From Auanema rhodensis (taxonomy: Eukaryota > Animalia > Nematoda), in NCBI GenBank assembly GCA_964057225.1, contig CAXKVF010000090.1, forward strand, positions 1 to 64,000: a DNA stretch of 64,000 nucleotides. The letters are read 5' to 3'. The position numbers were made by a program, and so were the translations under genes. Each line of letters starts with the position of its first letter. Position 1 is the stretch's first letter. Below are positions 30,001 through 45,000 of this stretch, piece after piece. Under the pieces are notes generated by a model. The model had not been told where the DNA came from. It searched no databases and saw nothing but the letters and a program-made list of their open reading frames with translations.

Positions 30001-33000
30001 AGATGCGGTTTTCAAAATTAGATTCCCCATGTCCATATTAGTCTAAAAACAAATTTTTATTGATATTGGTGCATGGTAACCATGACTTTGAAATTTACGT
30101 GAACTTTAATTTATGCTAATTAAATGTACACGTGATGTGCACTTGGTATGTAACTCGCTTCACGTGAAAGATAAAGAGATGCGGTTTTCAAAATTAGATT
30201 CCCCATGTCCATATTAGTCTAAAAACAAATTTTTATTGATATTGGTGCATGGTAACCATGACTTTGAAATTTACGTGAACTTTAATTTATGCTAATTAAA
30301 TGTACACGTGATGTGCACTTGGTATGTAACTCGCTTCACGTGAAAGATAAAGAGATGCGGTTTTCAAAATTAGATTCCCCATGTCCATATTAGTCTAAAA
30401 ACAAATTTTTATTGATATTGGTGCATGGTAACCATGACTTTGAATTTTACGTGAACTTTAATTTATGCTAATTAAATGTACACGTGATGTGCACTTGGTA
30501 TGTAACTCGCTTCACGTGAAAGATAAAGAGATGCGGTTTTCAAAATTAGATTCCCCATGTCCATATTAGTCTAAAAACAAATTTTTATTGATATTGGTTC
30601 ATGGTAACCATGACTTTGAAATTTACGTGAACTTTAATTTATGCTAATTAAATGTACACGTGATGTGCACTTGGTATGTAACTCGCTTCACGTGAAAGAT
30701 AAAGAGATGCTGTTTTCAAAATTAGATTCCCCATGTCCATATTAGTCTAAAAACAAATTTTTATTGATATTGGTGCATGGTAACCATGACTTTGAAATTT
30801 ACGTGAACTTTAATTTATGCTAATTAAATGTACACGTGATGTGCACTTGGTATGTAACTCGCTTCACGTGAAAGATAAAGAGATGCGGTTTTCAAAATTA
30901 GATTCCCCATGTCCATATTAGTCTAAAAACAAATTTTTATTGATATTGGTGCATGGTAACCATGACTTTGAAATTTACGTGAACTTTAATTTATGCTAAT
31001 TAAATGTACACGTGATGTGCACTTGGTATGTAACTCGCTTCACGTGAAAGATAAGGAGATGCGGTTTTCAAAATTAGATTCCCCATGTCCATATTAGTCT
31101 AAAAACAAATTTTTATTGATATTGGTGCATGGTAACCATGACTTTAAAATTTACGTGAACTTTAATTTATGCTAATTAAATGTACACGTGATGTGCACTT
31201 GGTATGTAACTCGCTTCACGTGAAAGATAAAGAGATGCGGTTTTCAAAATTAGATTCCCCATGTCCATATTAGTCTAAAAACAAATTTTTATTGATATTG
31301 GTGCATGGTAACCATGACTTTGAAATTTACGTGAACTTTAATTTATGCTAATTAAATGTACACGTGATGTGCACTTGGTATGTAACTCGCTTCACGTGAA
31401 AGATAAAGAGATGCGGTTTTCAAAATTAGATTCCCCATGTCCATATTAGTCTAAAAACAAATTTTTATTGATATTGGTGCATGGTAACCATGACTTTGAA
31501 ATTTACGTGAACTTTAATTTATGCTAATTAAATGTACACGTGATGTGCACTTGGTATGTAACTCGCTTCACGTGAAAGATAAAGAGATGCGGTTTTCAAA
31601 ATTAGATTACCCATGTCCATATTAGTCTAAAAACAAATTTTTATTGATATTGGTGCATGGTAACCATGACTTTGAAATTTACGTGAACTTTAATTTATGC
31701 TAATTAAATGTACACGTGATGTGCACTTGGTATGTAACTCGCTTCACGTGAAAGATAAAGAGATGCGGTTTTCAAAATTAGATTCCCCATGTCCATATTA
31801 GTCTAAAAACAAATTTTTATTGATATTGGTTCATGGTAACCATGACTTTGAAATTTACGTGAACTTTAATTTATGCTAATTAAATGTACACGTGATGTGC
31901 ACTTGGTATGTAACTCGCTTCACGTGAAAGATAAAGAGATGCGGTTTTCAAAATTAGATTCCCCATGTCCATATTAGTCTAAAAACAACTTTTTATTGAT
32001 ATTGGTGCATGGTAACCATGACTTTGAAATTTACGTGAACTTTAATTTATGCTAATTAAATGTACACGTGATGTGCACTTGGTATGTAACTCGCTTCACG
32101 TGAAAGATAAAGAGATGCGGTTTTCAAAATTAGATTCCCGATGTCCATATTAGTCTAAAAACAAATTTTTATTGATATTGGTGCATGGTAACCATGACTT
32201 TGAATTTTACGTGAACTTTAATTTATGCTAATTAAATGTACACGTGATGTGCACTTGGTATGTAACTCGCTTCACGTGAAAGATAAAGAGATGCGGTTTT
32301 CAAAATTAGATTCCCCATGTCCATATTAGTCTAAAAACAAATTTTTATTGATATTGGTGCATGGTAACCATGACTTTGAAATTTACGTGAACTTTAATTT
32401 ATGCTAATTAAATGTACACGTGATGTGCACTTGGTATGTAACTCGCTTCACGTGAAAGATAAAGAGATGCGGTTTTCAAAATTAGATTCCCCATGTCCAT
32501 ATTAGTCTAAAAACAAATTTTTATTGATATTGGTGCATGGTAACCATGACTTTGAAATTTACGTGAACTTTAATTTATGCTAATTAAATGTACACGTGAT
32601 GTGCACTTGGTATGTAACTCGCTTCACGTGAAAGATAAAGAGATGCGGTTTTCAAAATTAGATTCCCCATGTCCATATTAGTCTAAAAACAAATTTTTAT
32701 TGATATTGGTGCATGGTAACCATGACTTTGAAATTTACGTGAACTTTAATTTATGCTAATTAAATGTACACGTGATGTGCACTTGGTATGTAACTCGCTT
32801 CACGTGAAAGATAAAGAGATGCGGTTTTCAAAATTAGATTACCCATGTCCATATTAGTCTAAAAACAAATTTTTATTGATATTGGTTCATGGTAACCATG
32901 ACTTTGAAATTTACGTGAACTTTAATTTATGCTAATTAAATGTACACGTGATGTGCACTTGGTATGTAACTCGCTTCACGTGAAAGATAAAGAGATGCGG

Positions 33001-36000
33001 TTTTCAAAATTAGATTCTTCATGTTCATATTAGTCTAAAAACAAATTTTTATTGATATTGCTTCATGGTAACCATGACTTTGAAATTTACGTGAACTTTA
33101 ATTTATGCTAATTAAATGTACACGTGATGTGCACTTGGTATGTAACTCGCTTCACGTGAAAGATAAAGAGAAGCGGTTTTCAAAATTAGATTCCCCATGT
33201 CCATATTAGTCTAAAAACAAATTTTTATTGATATTGCTTCATGGTAACCATGACTTTGAAATTTACGTGAACTTTAATTTATGCTAATTAAATGTACACG
33301 TGATGTGCACTTGGTATGTAACTCGCTTCACGTGAAAGATAAAGAGATGCGGTTTTCAAAATTAGATTCCCCATGTCCATATTAGTCTAAAAACAAATTT
33401 TTATTGATATTGGTTCATGGTAACCATGACTTTGAAATTTACGTGAACTTTAATTTATGCTAATTAAATGTACACGTGATGTGCACTTGGTATGTAACTC
33501 GCTTCACGTGAAAGATAAAGAGATGCGGTTTTCAAAATTAGATTCCCCATGTCCATATTAGTCTAAAAACAAATTTTTATTGATATTGGTTCATGGTAAC
33601 CATGACTTTGAAATTTACGTGAACTTTAATTTATGCTAATTAAATGTACACGTGATGTGCACTTGGTATGTAACTCGCTTCACGTGAAAGATAAAGAGAT
33701 GCGGTTTTCAAAATTAGATTCCCCATGTCCATATTAGTCTAAAAACAAATTTTTATTGATATTGGTTCATGGTAACCATGACTTTGAAATTTACGTGAAC
33801 TTTAATTTATGCTAATTAAATGTACACGTGATGTGCACTTGGTATGTAACTCGCTTCACGTGAAAGATAAAGAGATGCGGTTTTCAAAATTAGATTCCCC
33901 ATGTCCATATTAGTCTAAAAACAAATTTTTATTGATATTGGTGCATGGTAACCATGACTTTGAAATTTACGTGAACTTTAATTTATGCTAATTAAATGTA
34001 CACGTGATGTGCACTTGGTATGTAACTCGCTTCACGTGAAAGATAAAGAGATGCGGTTTTCAAAATTAGATTTCCCATGTCCATATTAGTCTAAAAACAA
34101 ATTTTTATTGATATTGGTTCATGGTAACCATGACTTTGAAATTTACGTGAACTTTAATTTATGCTAATTAAATGTACACGTGATGTGCACTTGGTATGTA
34201 ACTCGCTTCACGTGAAAGATAAAGAGATGCGGTTTTCAAAATTAGATTCTTCATGTCCATATTAGTCTAAAAACAAATTTTTATTGATATTGCTTCATGG
34301 TAACCATGACTTTGAAATTTACGTGAACTTTAATTTATGCTAATTAAATGTACACGTGATGTGCACTTGGTATGTAACTCGCTTCACGTGAAAGATAAAG
34401 AGAAGCGGTTTTCAAAATTAGATTCCCCATGTCCATATTAGTCTAAAAACAAATTTTTATTGATATTGCTTCATGGTAACCATGACTTTGAAATTTACGT
34501 GAACTTTAATTTATGCTAATTAAATGTACACGTGATGTGCACTTGGTATGTAACTCGCTTCACGTGAAAGATAAAGAGATGCGGTTTTCAAAATTAGATT
34601 CCCCATGTCCATATTAGTCTAAAAACAAATTTTTATTGATATTGGTTCATGGTAACCATGACTTTGAAATTTACGTGAACTTTAATTTATGCTAATTAAA
34701 TGTACACGTGATGTGCACTTGGTATGTAACTCGCTTCACGTGAAAGATAAAGAGATGCGGTTTTCAAAATTAGATTCCCCATGTCCATATTAGTCTAAAA
34801 ACAAATTTTTATTGATATTGGTTCATGGTAACCATGACTTTGAAATTTACGTGAACTTTAATTTATGCTAATTAAATGTACACGTGATGTGCACTTGGTA
34901 TGTAACTCGCTTCACGTGAAAGATAAAGAGATGCGGTTTTCAAAATTAGATTCCCCATGTCCATATTAGTCTAAAAACAAATTTTTATTGATATTGGTTC
35001 ATGGTAACCATGACTTTGAAATTTACGTGAACTTTAATTTATGCTAATTAAATGTACACGTGATGTGCACTTGGTATGTAACTCGCTTCACGTGAAAGAT
35101 AAAGAGAAGCGGTTTTCAAAATTAGATTCCCCATGTCCATATTAGTCTAAAAACAAATTTTTATTGATATTGCTTCATGGTAACCATGACTTTGAAATTT
35201 ACGTGAACTTTAATTTATGCTAATTAAATGTACACGTGATGTGCACTTGGTATGTAACTCGCTTCACGTGAAAGATAAAGAGAAGCGGTTTTCAAAATTA
35301 GATTCCCCATGTCCATATTAGTCTAAAAACAAATTTTTATTGATATTGCTTCATGGTAACCATGACTTTGAAATTTACGTGAACTTTAATTTATGCTAAT
35401 TAAATGTACACGTGATGTGCACTTGGTATGTAACTCGCTTCACGTGAAAGATAAAGAGATGCGGTTTTCAAAATTAGATTCCCCATGTCCATATTAGTCT
35501 AAAAACAAATTTTTATTGATATTGGTTCATGGTAACCATGACTTTGAAATTTACGTGAACTTTAATTTATGCTAATTAAATGTACACGTGATGTGCACTT
35601 GGTATGTAACTCGCTTCACGTGAAAGATAAAGAGATGCGGTTTTCAAAATTAGATTCCCCATGTCCATATTAGTCTAAAAACAAATTTTTATTGATATTG
35701 GTTCATGGTAACCATGACTTTGAAATTTACGTGAACTTTAATTTATGCTAATTAAATGTACACGTGATGTGCACTTGGTATGTAACTCGCTTCACGTGAA
35801 AGATAAAGAGATGCGGTTTTCAAAATTAGATTCCCCATGTCCATATTAGTCTAAAAACAAATTTTTATTGATATTGGTTCATGGTAACCATGACTTTGAA
35901 ATTTACGTGAACTTTAATTTATGCTAATTAAATGTACACGTGATGTGCACTTGGTATGTAACTCGCTTCACGTGAAAGATAAAGAGATGCGGTTTTCAAA

Positions 36001-39000
36001 ATTAGATTCCCCATGTCCATATTAGTCTAAAAACAAATTTTTATTGATATTGGTGCATGGTAACCATGACTTTGAAATTTACGTGAACTTTAATTTATGC
36101 TAATTAAATGTACACGTGATGTGCACTTGGTATGTAACTCGCTTCACGTGAAAGATAAAGAGATGCGGTTTTCAAAATTAGATTTCCCATGTCCATATTA
36201 GTCTAAAAACAAATTTTTATTGATATTGGTTCATGGTAACCATGACTTTGAAATTTACGTGAACTTTAATTTATGCTAATTAAATGTACACGTGATGTGC
36301 ACTTGGTATGTAACTCGCTTCACGTGAAAGATAAAGAGATGCGGTTTTCAAAATTAGATTCTTCATGTCCATATTAGTCTAAAAACAAATTTTTATTGAT
36401 ATTGCTTCATGGTAACCATGACTTTGAAATTTACGTGAACTTTAATTTATGCTAATTAAATGTACACGTGATGTGCACTTGGTATGTAACTCGCTTCACG
36501 TGAAAGATAAAGAGAAGCGGTTTTCAAAATTAGATTCCCCATGTCCATATTAGTCTAAAAACAAATTTTTATTGATATTGCTTCATGGTAACCATGACTT
36601 TGAAATTTACGTGAACTTTAATTTATGCTAATTAAATGTACACGTGATGTGCACTTGGTATGTAACTCGCTTCACGTGAAAGATAAAGAGATGCGGTTTT
36701 CAAAATTAGATTCCCCATGTCCATATTAGTCTAAAAACAAATTTTTATTGATATTGGTTCATGGTAACCATGACTTTGAAATTTACGTGAACTTTAATTT
36801 ATGCTAATTAAATGTACACGTGATGTGCACTTGGTATGTAACTCGCTTCACGTGAAAGATAAAGAGATGCGGTTTTCAAAATTAGATTCCCCATGTCCAT
36901 ATTAGTCTAAAAACAAATTTTTATTGATATTGGTTCATGGTAACCATGACTTTGAAATTTACGTGAACTTTAATTTATGCTAATTAAATGTACACGTGAT
37001 GTGCACTTGGTATGTAACTCGCTTCACGTGAAAGATAAAGAGATGCGGTTTTCAAAATTAGATTCCCCATGTCCATATTAGTCTAAAAACAAATTTTTAT
37101 TGATATTGGTTCATGGTAACCATGACTTTGAAATTTACGTGAACTTTAATTTATTCTAATTAAATGTACACGTGATGTGCACTTGGTATGTAACTCGCTT
37201 CACGTGAAAGATAAAGAGATGCGGTTTTCAAAATTAGATTCCCCATGTCCATATTAGTCTAAAAACAAATTTTTATTGATATTGGTGCATGGTAACCATG
37301 ACTTTGAAATTTACGTGAACTTTAATTTATGCTAATTAAATGTACACGTGATGTGCACTTGGTATGTAACTCGCTTCACGTGAAAGATAAAGAGATGCGG
37401 TTTTCAAAATTAGATTACCCATGTCCATATTAGTCTAAAAACAAATTTTTATTGATATTGGTTCATGGTAACCATGACTTTGAAATTTACGTGAACTTTA
37501 ATTTATGCTAATTAAATGTACACGTGATGTGCACTTGGTATGTAACTCGCTTCACGTGAAAGATAAAGAGATGCGGTTTTCAAAATTAGATTCTTCATGT
37601 CCATATTAGTCTAAAAACAAATTTTTATTGATATTGCTTCATGGTAACCATGACTTTGAAATTTACGTGAACTTTAATTTATGCTAATTAAATGTACACG
37701 TGATGTGCACTTGGTATGTAACTCGCTTCACGTGAAAGATAAAGAGAAGCGGTTTTCAAAATTAGATTCCCCATGTCCATATTAGTCTAAAAACAAATTT
37801 TTATTGATATTGGTTCATGGTAACCATGACTTCGAAATTTACGTGAACTTTAATTTATGCTAATTAAATGTACACGTGATGTGCACTTGGTATGTAACTC
37901 GCTTCACGTGAAAGATAAAGAGATGCGGTTTTCAAAATTAGATTCCCCATGTCCATATTAGTCTAAAAACAAATTTTTATTGATATTGGTTCATGGTAAC
38001 CATGACTTTGAAATTTACGTGAACTTTAATTTATGCTAATTAAATGTACACGTGATGTGCACTTGGTATGTAACTCGCTTCACGTGAAAGATAAAGAGAT
38101 GCGGTTTTCAAAATTAGATTCCCCATGTCCATATTAGTCTAAAAACAAATTTTTATTGATATTGGTTCATGGTAACCATGACTTTGAAATTTACGTGAAC
38201 TTTAATTTATGCTAATTAAATGTACACGTGATGTGCACTTGGTATGTAACTCGCTTCACGTGAAAGATAAAGAGATGCGGTTTTCAAAATTAGATTCCCC
38301 ATGTCCATATTAGTCTAAAAACAAATTTTTATTGATATTGGTTCATGGTAACCATGACTTTGAAATTTACGTGAACTTTAATTTATGCTAATTAAATGTA
38401 CACGTGATGTGCACTTGGTATGTAACTCGCTTCACGTGAAAGATAAAGAGATGCGGTTTTCAAAATTAGATTACCCATGTCCATATTAGTCTTAAAAACA
38501 AATTTTTATTGATATTGGTTCATGGTAACCATGACTTTGAAATTTACGTGAACTTTAATTTATGCTAATTAAATGTACACGTGATGTGCACTTGGTATGT
38601 AACTCGCTTCACGTGAAAGATAAAGAGATGCGGTTTTCAAAATTAGATTCTTCATGTCCATATTAGTCTAAAAACAAATTTTTATTGATATTGCTTCATG
38701 GTAACCATGACTTTGAAATTTACGTGAACTTTAATTTATGCTAATTAAATGTACACGTGATGTGCACTTGGTATGTAACTCGCTTCACGTGAAAGATAAA
38801 GAGAAGCGGTTTTCAAAATTAGATTCCCCATGTCCATATTAGTCTAAAAACAAATTTTTATTGATATTGCTTCATGGTAACCATGACTTTGAAATTTACG
38901 TGAACTTTAATTTATGCTAATTAAATGTACACGTGATGTGCACTTGGTATGTAACTCGCTTCACGTGAAAGATAAAGAGATGCGGTTTTCAAAATTAGAT

Positions 39001-42000
39001 TCCCCATGTCCATATTAGTCTAAAAACAAATTTTTATTGATATTGGTTCATGGTAACCATGACTTTGAAATTTACGTGAACTTTAATTTATGCTAATTAA
39101 ATGTACACGTGATGTGCGCTTGGTATGTAACTCGCTTCACGTGAAAGATAAAGAGATGCGGTTTTCACAATTAGATTCCCCATGTCCATATTAGTCTAAA
39201 AACAAATTTTTATTGATATTGGTTCATGGTAACCATGACTTTGAAATTTACGTGAACTTTAATTTATGCTAATTAAATGTACACGTGATGTGCACTTGGT
39301 ATGTAACTCGCTTCACGTGAAAGATAAAGAGATGCGGTTTTCAAAATTAGATTCCCCATGTCCATATTAGTCTAAAAACAAATTTTTATTGATATTGGTT
39401 CATGGTAACCATGACTTTGAAATTTACGTGAACTTTAATTTATGCTAATTAAATGTACACGTGATGTGCACTTGGTATGTAACTCGCTTCACGTGAAAGA
39501 TAAAGAGATGCGGTTTTCAAAATTAGATTCCCCATGTCCATATTAGTCTAAAAACAAATTTTTATTGATACTGGTGCATGGTAACCATGACTTTGAAATT
39601 TACGTGAACTTTAATTTATGCTAATTAAATGTACACGTAATGTGCACTTGGTATGTAACTCGCTTCACGTGAAAGATAAAGAGATGCGGTTTTCAAAATT
39701 AGATTACCCATGTCCATATTAGTCTAAAAACAAATTTTTATTGATATTGGTTCATGGTAACCATGACTTTGAAATTTACGTGAACTTTAATTTATGCTAA
39801 TTAAATGTACACGTGATGTGCACTTGGTATGTAACTCGCTTCACGTGAAAGATAAAGAGATGCGGTTTTCAAAATTAGATTCTTCATGTCCATATTAGTC
39901 TAAAAACAAATTTTTATTGATATTGCTTCATGGTAACCATGACTTTGAAATTTACGTGAACTTTAATTTATGCTAATTAAATGTACACGTGATGTGCACT
40001 TGGTATGTAACTCGCTTCACGTAAAAGATAAAGAGAAGCGGTTTTCAAAATTAGATTCCCCATGTCCATATTAGTCTAAAAACAAATTTTTATTGATATT
40101 GCTTCATGGTAACCATGACTTTGAAATTTACGTGAACTTTAATTTATGCTAATTAAATGTACACGTGATGTGCACTTGGTATGTAACTCGCTTCACGTGA
40201 AAGATAAAGAGATGCGGTTTTCAAAATTAGATTCCCCATGTCCATATTAGTCTAAAAACAAATTTTTATTGATATTGGTGCATGGTAACCATGACTTTGA
40301 AATTTACGTGAACTTTAATTTATGCTAATTAAATGTACACGTGATGTGCACTTGGTATGTAACTCGCTTCACGTGAAAGATAAAGAGATGCGGTTTTCAA
40401 AATTAGATTACCCATGTCCATATTAGTCTAAAAACAAATTTTTATTGATATTGGTTCATGGTAACCATGACTTTGAAATTTACGTGAACTTTAATTTATG
40501 CTAATTAAATGTACACGTGATGTGCACTTGGTATGTAACTCGCTTCACGTGAAAGATAAAGAGACGCGGTTTTCAAAATTAGATTCTTCATGTCCATATT
40601 AGTCTAAAAACAAATTTTTATTGATATTGCTTCATGGTAACCATGACTTTGAAATTTACGTGAACTTTAATTTATGCTAATTAAATGTACACGTGATGTG
40701 CACTTGGTATGTAACTCGCTTCACGTAAAAGATAAAGAGAAGCGGTTTTCAAAATTAGATTCCCCATGTCCATATTAGTCTAAAAACAAATTTTTATTGA
40801 TATTGGTTCATGGTAACCATGACTTTGAAATTTACGTGAACTTTAATTTATGCTAATTAAATGTACACGTGATGTGCACTTGGTATGTAACTCGCTTCAC
40901 GTGAAAGATAAAGAGATGCGGTTTTCAAAATTAGATTCCCCATGTCCATATTAGTCTAAAAACAAATTTTTATTGATATTGGTTCATGGTAACCATGACT
41001 TTGAAATTTACGTGAACTTTAATTTATGCTAATTAAATGTACACGTGATGTGCACTTGGTATGTAACTCGCTTCACGTGAAAGATAAAGAGATGCGGTTT
41101 TCAAAATTAGATTCCCCATGTCCATATTAGTCTAAAAACAAATTTTTATTGATATTGGTTCATGGTAACCATGACTTTGAAATTTACGTGAACTTTAATT
41201 TATACTAATTAAATGTACACGTGATGTGCACTTGGTATGTAACTCGCTTCACGTGAAAGATAAAGAGATGCGGTTTTCAAAATTAGATTCCCCATGTCCA
41301 TATTAGTCTAAAAACAAATTTTTATTGATATTGGTTCATGGTAACCATGACTTTGAAATTTACGTGAACTTTAATTTATGCTAATTAAATGTACACGTGA
41401 TGTGCACTTGGTATGTAACTCGCTTCACGTGAAAGATAAAGAGATGCGGTTTTCAAAATTAGATTCTCCATGTCCATATTAGTCTAAAAACAAATTTTTA
41501 TTGATATTGGTTCATGGTAACCATGACTTTGAAATTTACGTGAACTTTAATTTATGCTAATTAAATGTACACGTGATGTGCACTTGGTATGTAACTCGCT
41601 TCACGTGAAAGATAAAGAGATGCGGTTTTCAAAATTAGATTCTCCATGTCCATATTAGTCTAAAAACAAATTTTTATTGATATTGGTTCATGGTAACCAT
41701 GACTTTGAAATTTACGTGAACTTTAATTTATGCTAATTAAATGTACACGTGATGTGCACTTGGTATGTAACTCGCTTCACGTGAAAGATAAAGAGATGCG
41801 GTTTTCAAAATTAGATTCTCCATGTCCATATTAGTCTAAAAACAAATTTTTATTGATATTAGTTCATGGTAACCATGACTTTGAAATTTACGTGAACTTT
41901 AATTTATGCTAATTAAATGTACACGTGATGTGCACTTGGTATGTAACTCGCTTCACGTGGAAGATAAAGAGATGCGGTTTTCAAAATTAGATTCCCCATG

Positions 42001-45000
42001 TCCATATTAGTCTAAAAACAAATTTTTATTGATATTGGTGCATGGTAACCATGACTTTGAAATTTACGTGAACTTTAATTTATGCTAATTAAATGTACAC
42101 GTGATGTGCACTTGGTATGTAACTCGCTTCACGTGAAAGATAAAGAGATGCGGTTTTCAAAATTAGATTCCCCATGTCCATATTAGTCTAAAAACAAATT
42201 TTTATTGATATTGGTTCATGGTAACCATGACTTTGAAATTTACGTGAACTTTAATTTATGCTAATTAAATGTACACGTGATGTGCACTTGGTATGTAACT
42301 CGCTTCACGTGAAAGATAAAGAGATGCGGTTTTCAAAATTAGATTCTCCATGTCCATATTAGTCTAAAAACAAATTTTTATTGATATTGGTTCATGGTAA
42401 CCATGACTTTGAAATTTACGTGAACTTTAATTTATGCTAATTAAATGTACACGTGATGTGCACTTGGTATGTAACTCGCTTCACGTGAAAGATAAAGCGA
42501 TGCGGTTTTCAAAATTAGATTCTCCATGTCCATATTAGTCTAAAAACAAATTTTTATTGATATTGGTTCATGGTAACCATGACTTTGAAATTTACGTGAA
42601 CTTTAATTTATGCTAATTAAATGTACACGTGATGTGCACTTGGTATGTAACTCGCTTCACGTGAAAGATAAAGAGATGCGGTTTTCAAAATTAGATTCCC
42701 CATGTCCATATTAGTCTAAAAACAAATTTTTATTGATATTGGTTCATGGTAACCATGACTTTGAAATTTACGTGAACTTTAATTTATGCTAATTAAATGT
42801 ACACGTGATGTGCACTTGGTATGTAACTCGCTTCACGTGAAAGATAAAGAGATGCGGTTTTCAAAATTAGATTCTCCATGTCCATATTAGTCTAAAAACA
42901 AATTTTTATTGATATTGGTTCATGGTAACCATGACTTTGAAATTTACGTGAACTTTAATTTATGCTAATTAAATGTACACGTGATGTGCACTTGGTATGT
43001 AACTCGCTTCACGTGAAAGATAAAGAGATGCGGTTTTCAAAATTAGATTCTCCATGTCCATATTAGTCTAAAAACAAATTTTTATTGATATTGGTTCATG
43101 GTAACCATGACTTTGAAATTTACGTGAACTTTAATTTATGCTAATTAAATGTACACGTGATGTGCACTTGGTATGTAACTCGCTTCACGTGAAAGATAAA
43201 AAGATGCGGTTTTCAAAATTAGATTCCCCATGTCCATATTAGTCTAAAAACAAATTTTTATTGATATTGGTGCATGGTAACCATGACTTTGAAATTTACG
43301 TGAACTTTAATTTATGCTAATTAAATGTACACGTGATGTGCACTTGGTATGTAACTCGCTTCACGTGAAAGATAAAGAGATGCGGTTTTCAAAATTAGAT
43401 TCCCCATGTCCATATTAGTCTAAAAACAAATTTTTATTGATATTGGTTCATGGTAACCATGACTTTGAAATTTACGTGAACTTTAATTTATGCTAATTAA
43501 ATGTACACGTGATGTGCACTTGGTATGTAACTCGCTTCACGTGAAAGATAAAGAGATGCGGTTTTCAAAATTAGATTCTCCATGTCCATATTAGTCTAAA
43601 AACAAATTTTTATTGATATTGGTTCATGGTAACCATGACTTTGAAATTTACGTGAACTTTAATTTATGCTAATTAAATGTACACGTGATGTGCACTTGGT
43701 ATGTAACTCGCTTCACGTGAAAGATAAAGAGATGCGGTTTTCAAAATTAGATTCTCCATGTCCATATTAGTCTAAAAACAAATTTTTATTGATATTGGTT
43801 CATGGTAACCATGACTTTGAAATTTACGTGAACTTTAATTTATGCTAATTAAATGTACACGTGATGTGCACTTGGTATGTAACTCGCTTCACGTGAAAGA
43901 TAAAGAGATGCGGTTTTCAAAATTAGATTCCCCATGTCCATATTAGTCTAAAAACAAATTTTTATTGATATTGGTTCATGGTAACCATGACTTTGAAATT
44001 TACGTGAACTTTAATTTATGCTAATTAAATGTACACGTGATGTGCACTTGGTATGTAACTCGCTTCACGTGAAAGATAAAGAGATGCGGTTTTCAAAATT
44101 AGATTCTCCATGTCCATATTAGTCTAAAAACAAATTTTTATTGATATTGGTTCATGGTAACCATGACTTTGAAATTTACGTGAACTTTAATTTATGCTAA
44201 TTAAATGTACACGTGATGTGCACTTGGTATGTAACTCGCTTCACGTGAAAGATAAAGAGATGCGGTTTTCAAAATTAGATTCTCCATGTCCATATTAGTC
44301 TAAAAACAAATTTTTATTGATATTGGTTCATGGTAACCATGACTTTGAAATTTACGTGAACTTTAATTTATGCTAATTAAATGTACACGTGATGTGCACT
44401 TGGTATGTAACTCGCTTCACGTGAAAGATAAAAAGATGCGGTTTTCAAAATTAGATTCCCCATGTCCATATTAGTCTAAAAACAAATTTTTATTGATATT
44501 GGTGCATGGTAACCATGACTTTGAAATTTACGTGAACTTTAATTTATGCTAATTAAATGTACACGTGATGTGCACTTGGTATGTAACTCGCTTCACGTGA
44601 AAGATAAAGAGATGCGGTTTTCAAAATTAGATTCCCCATGTCCATATTAGTCTAAAAACAAATTTTTATTGATATTGGTTCATGGTAACCATGACTTTGA
44701 AATTTACGTGAACTTTAATTTTTGCTAATTAAATGTACACGTGATGTGCACTTGGTATGTAACTCGCTTCACGTGAAAGATAAAGAGATGCGGTTTTCAA
44801 AATTAGATTCCCCATGTCCATTTTAGTCTAAAAACAAATTTTTATTCATATTGGTGCATGGTAACCATGACTTTGAAATTTACGTGAACTTTAATTTTTG
44901 CTAATTAAATGTACACGTGATGTGCACTTGGTATGTAACTCGCTTCACGTGAAAGATAAAGAGATGCGGTTTTCAAAATTAGATTCCCCATGTCCATATT

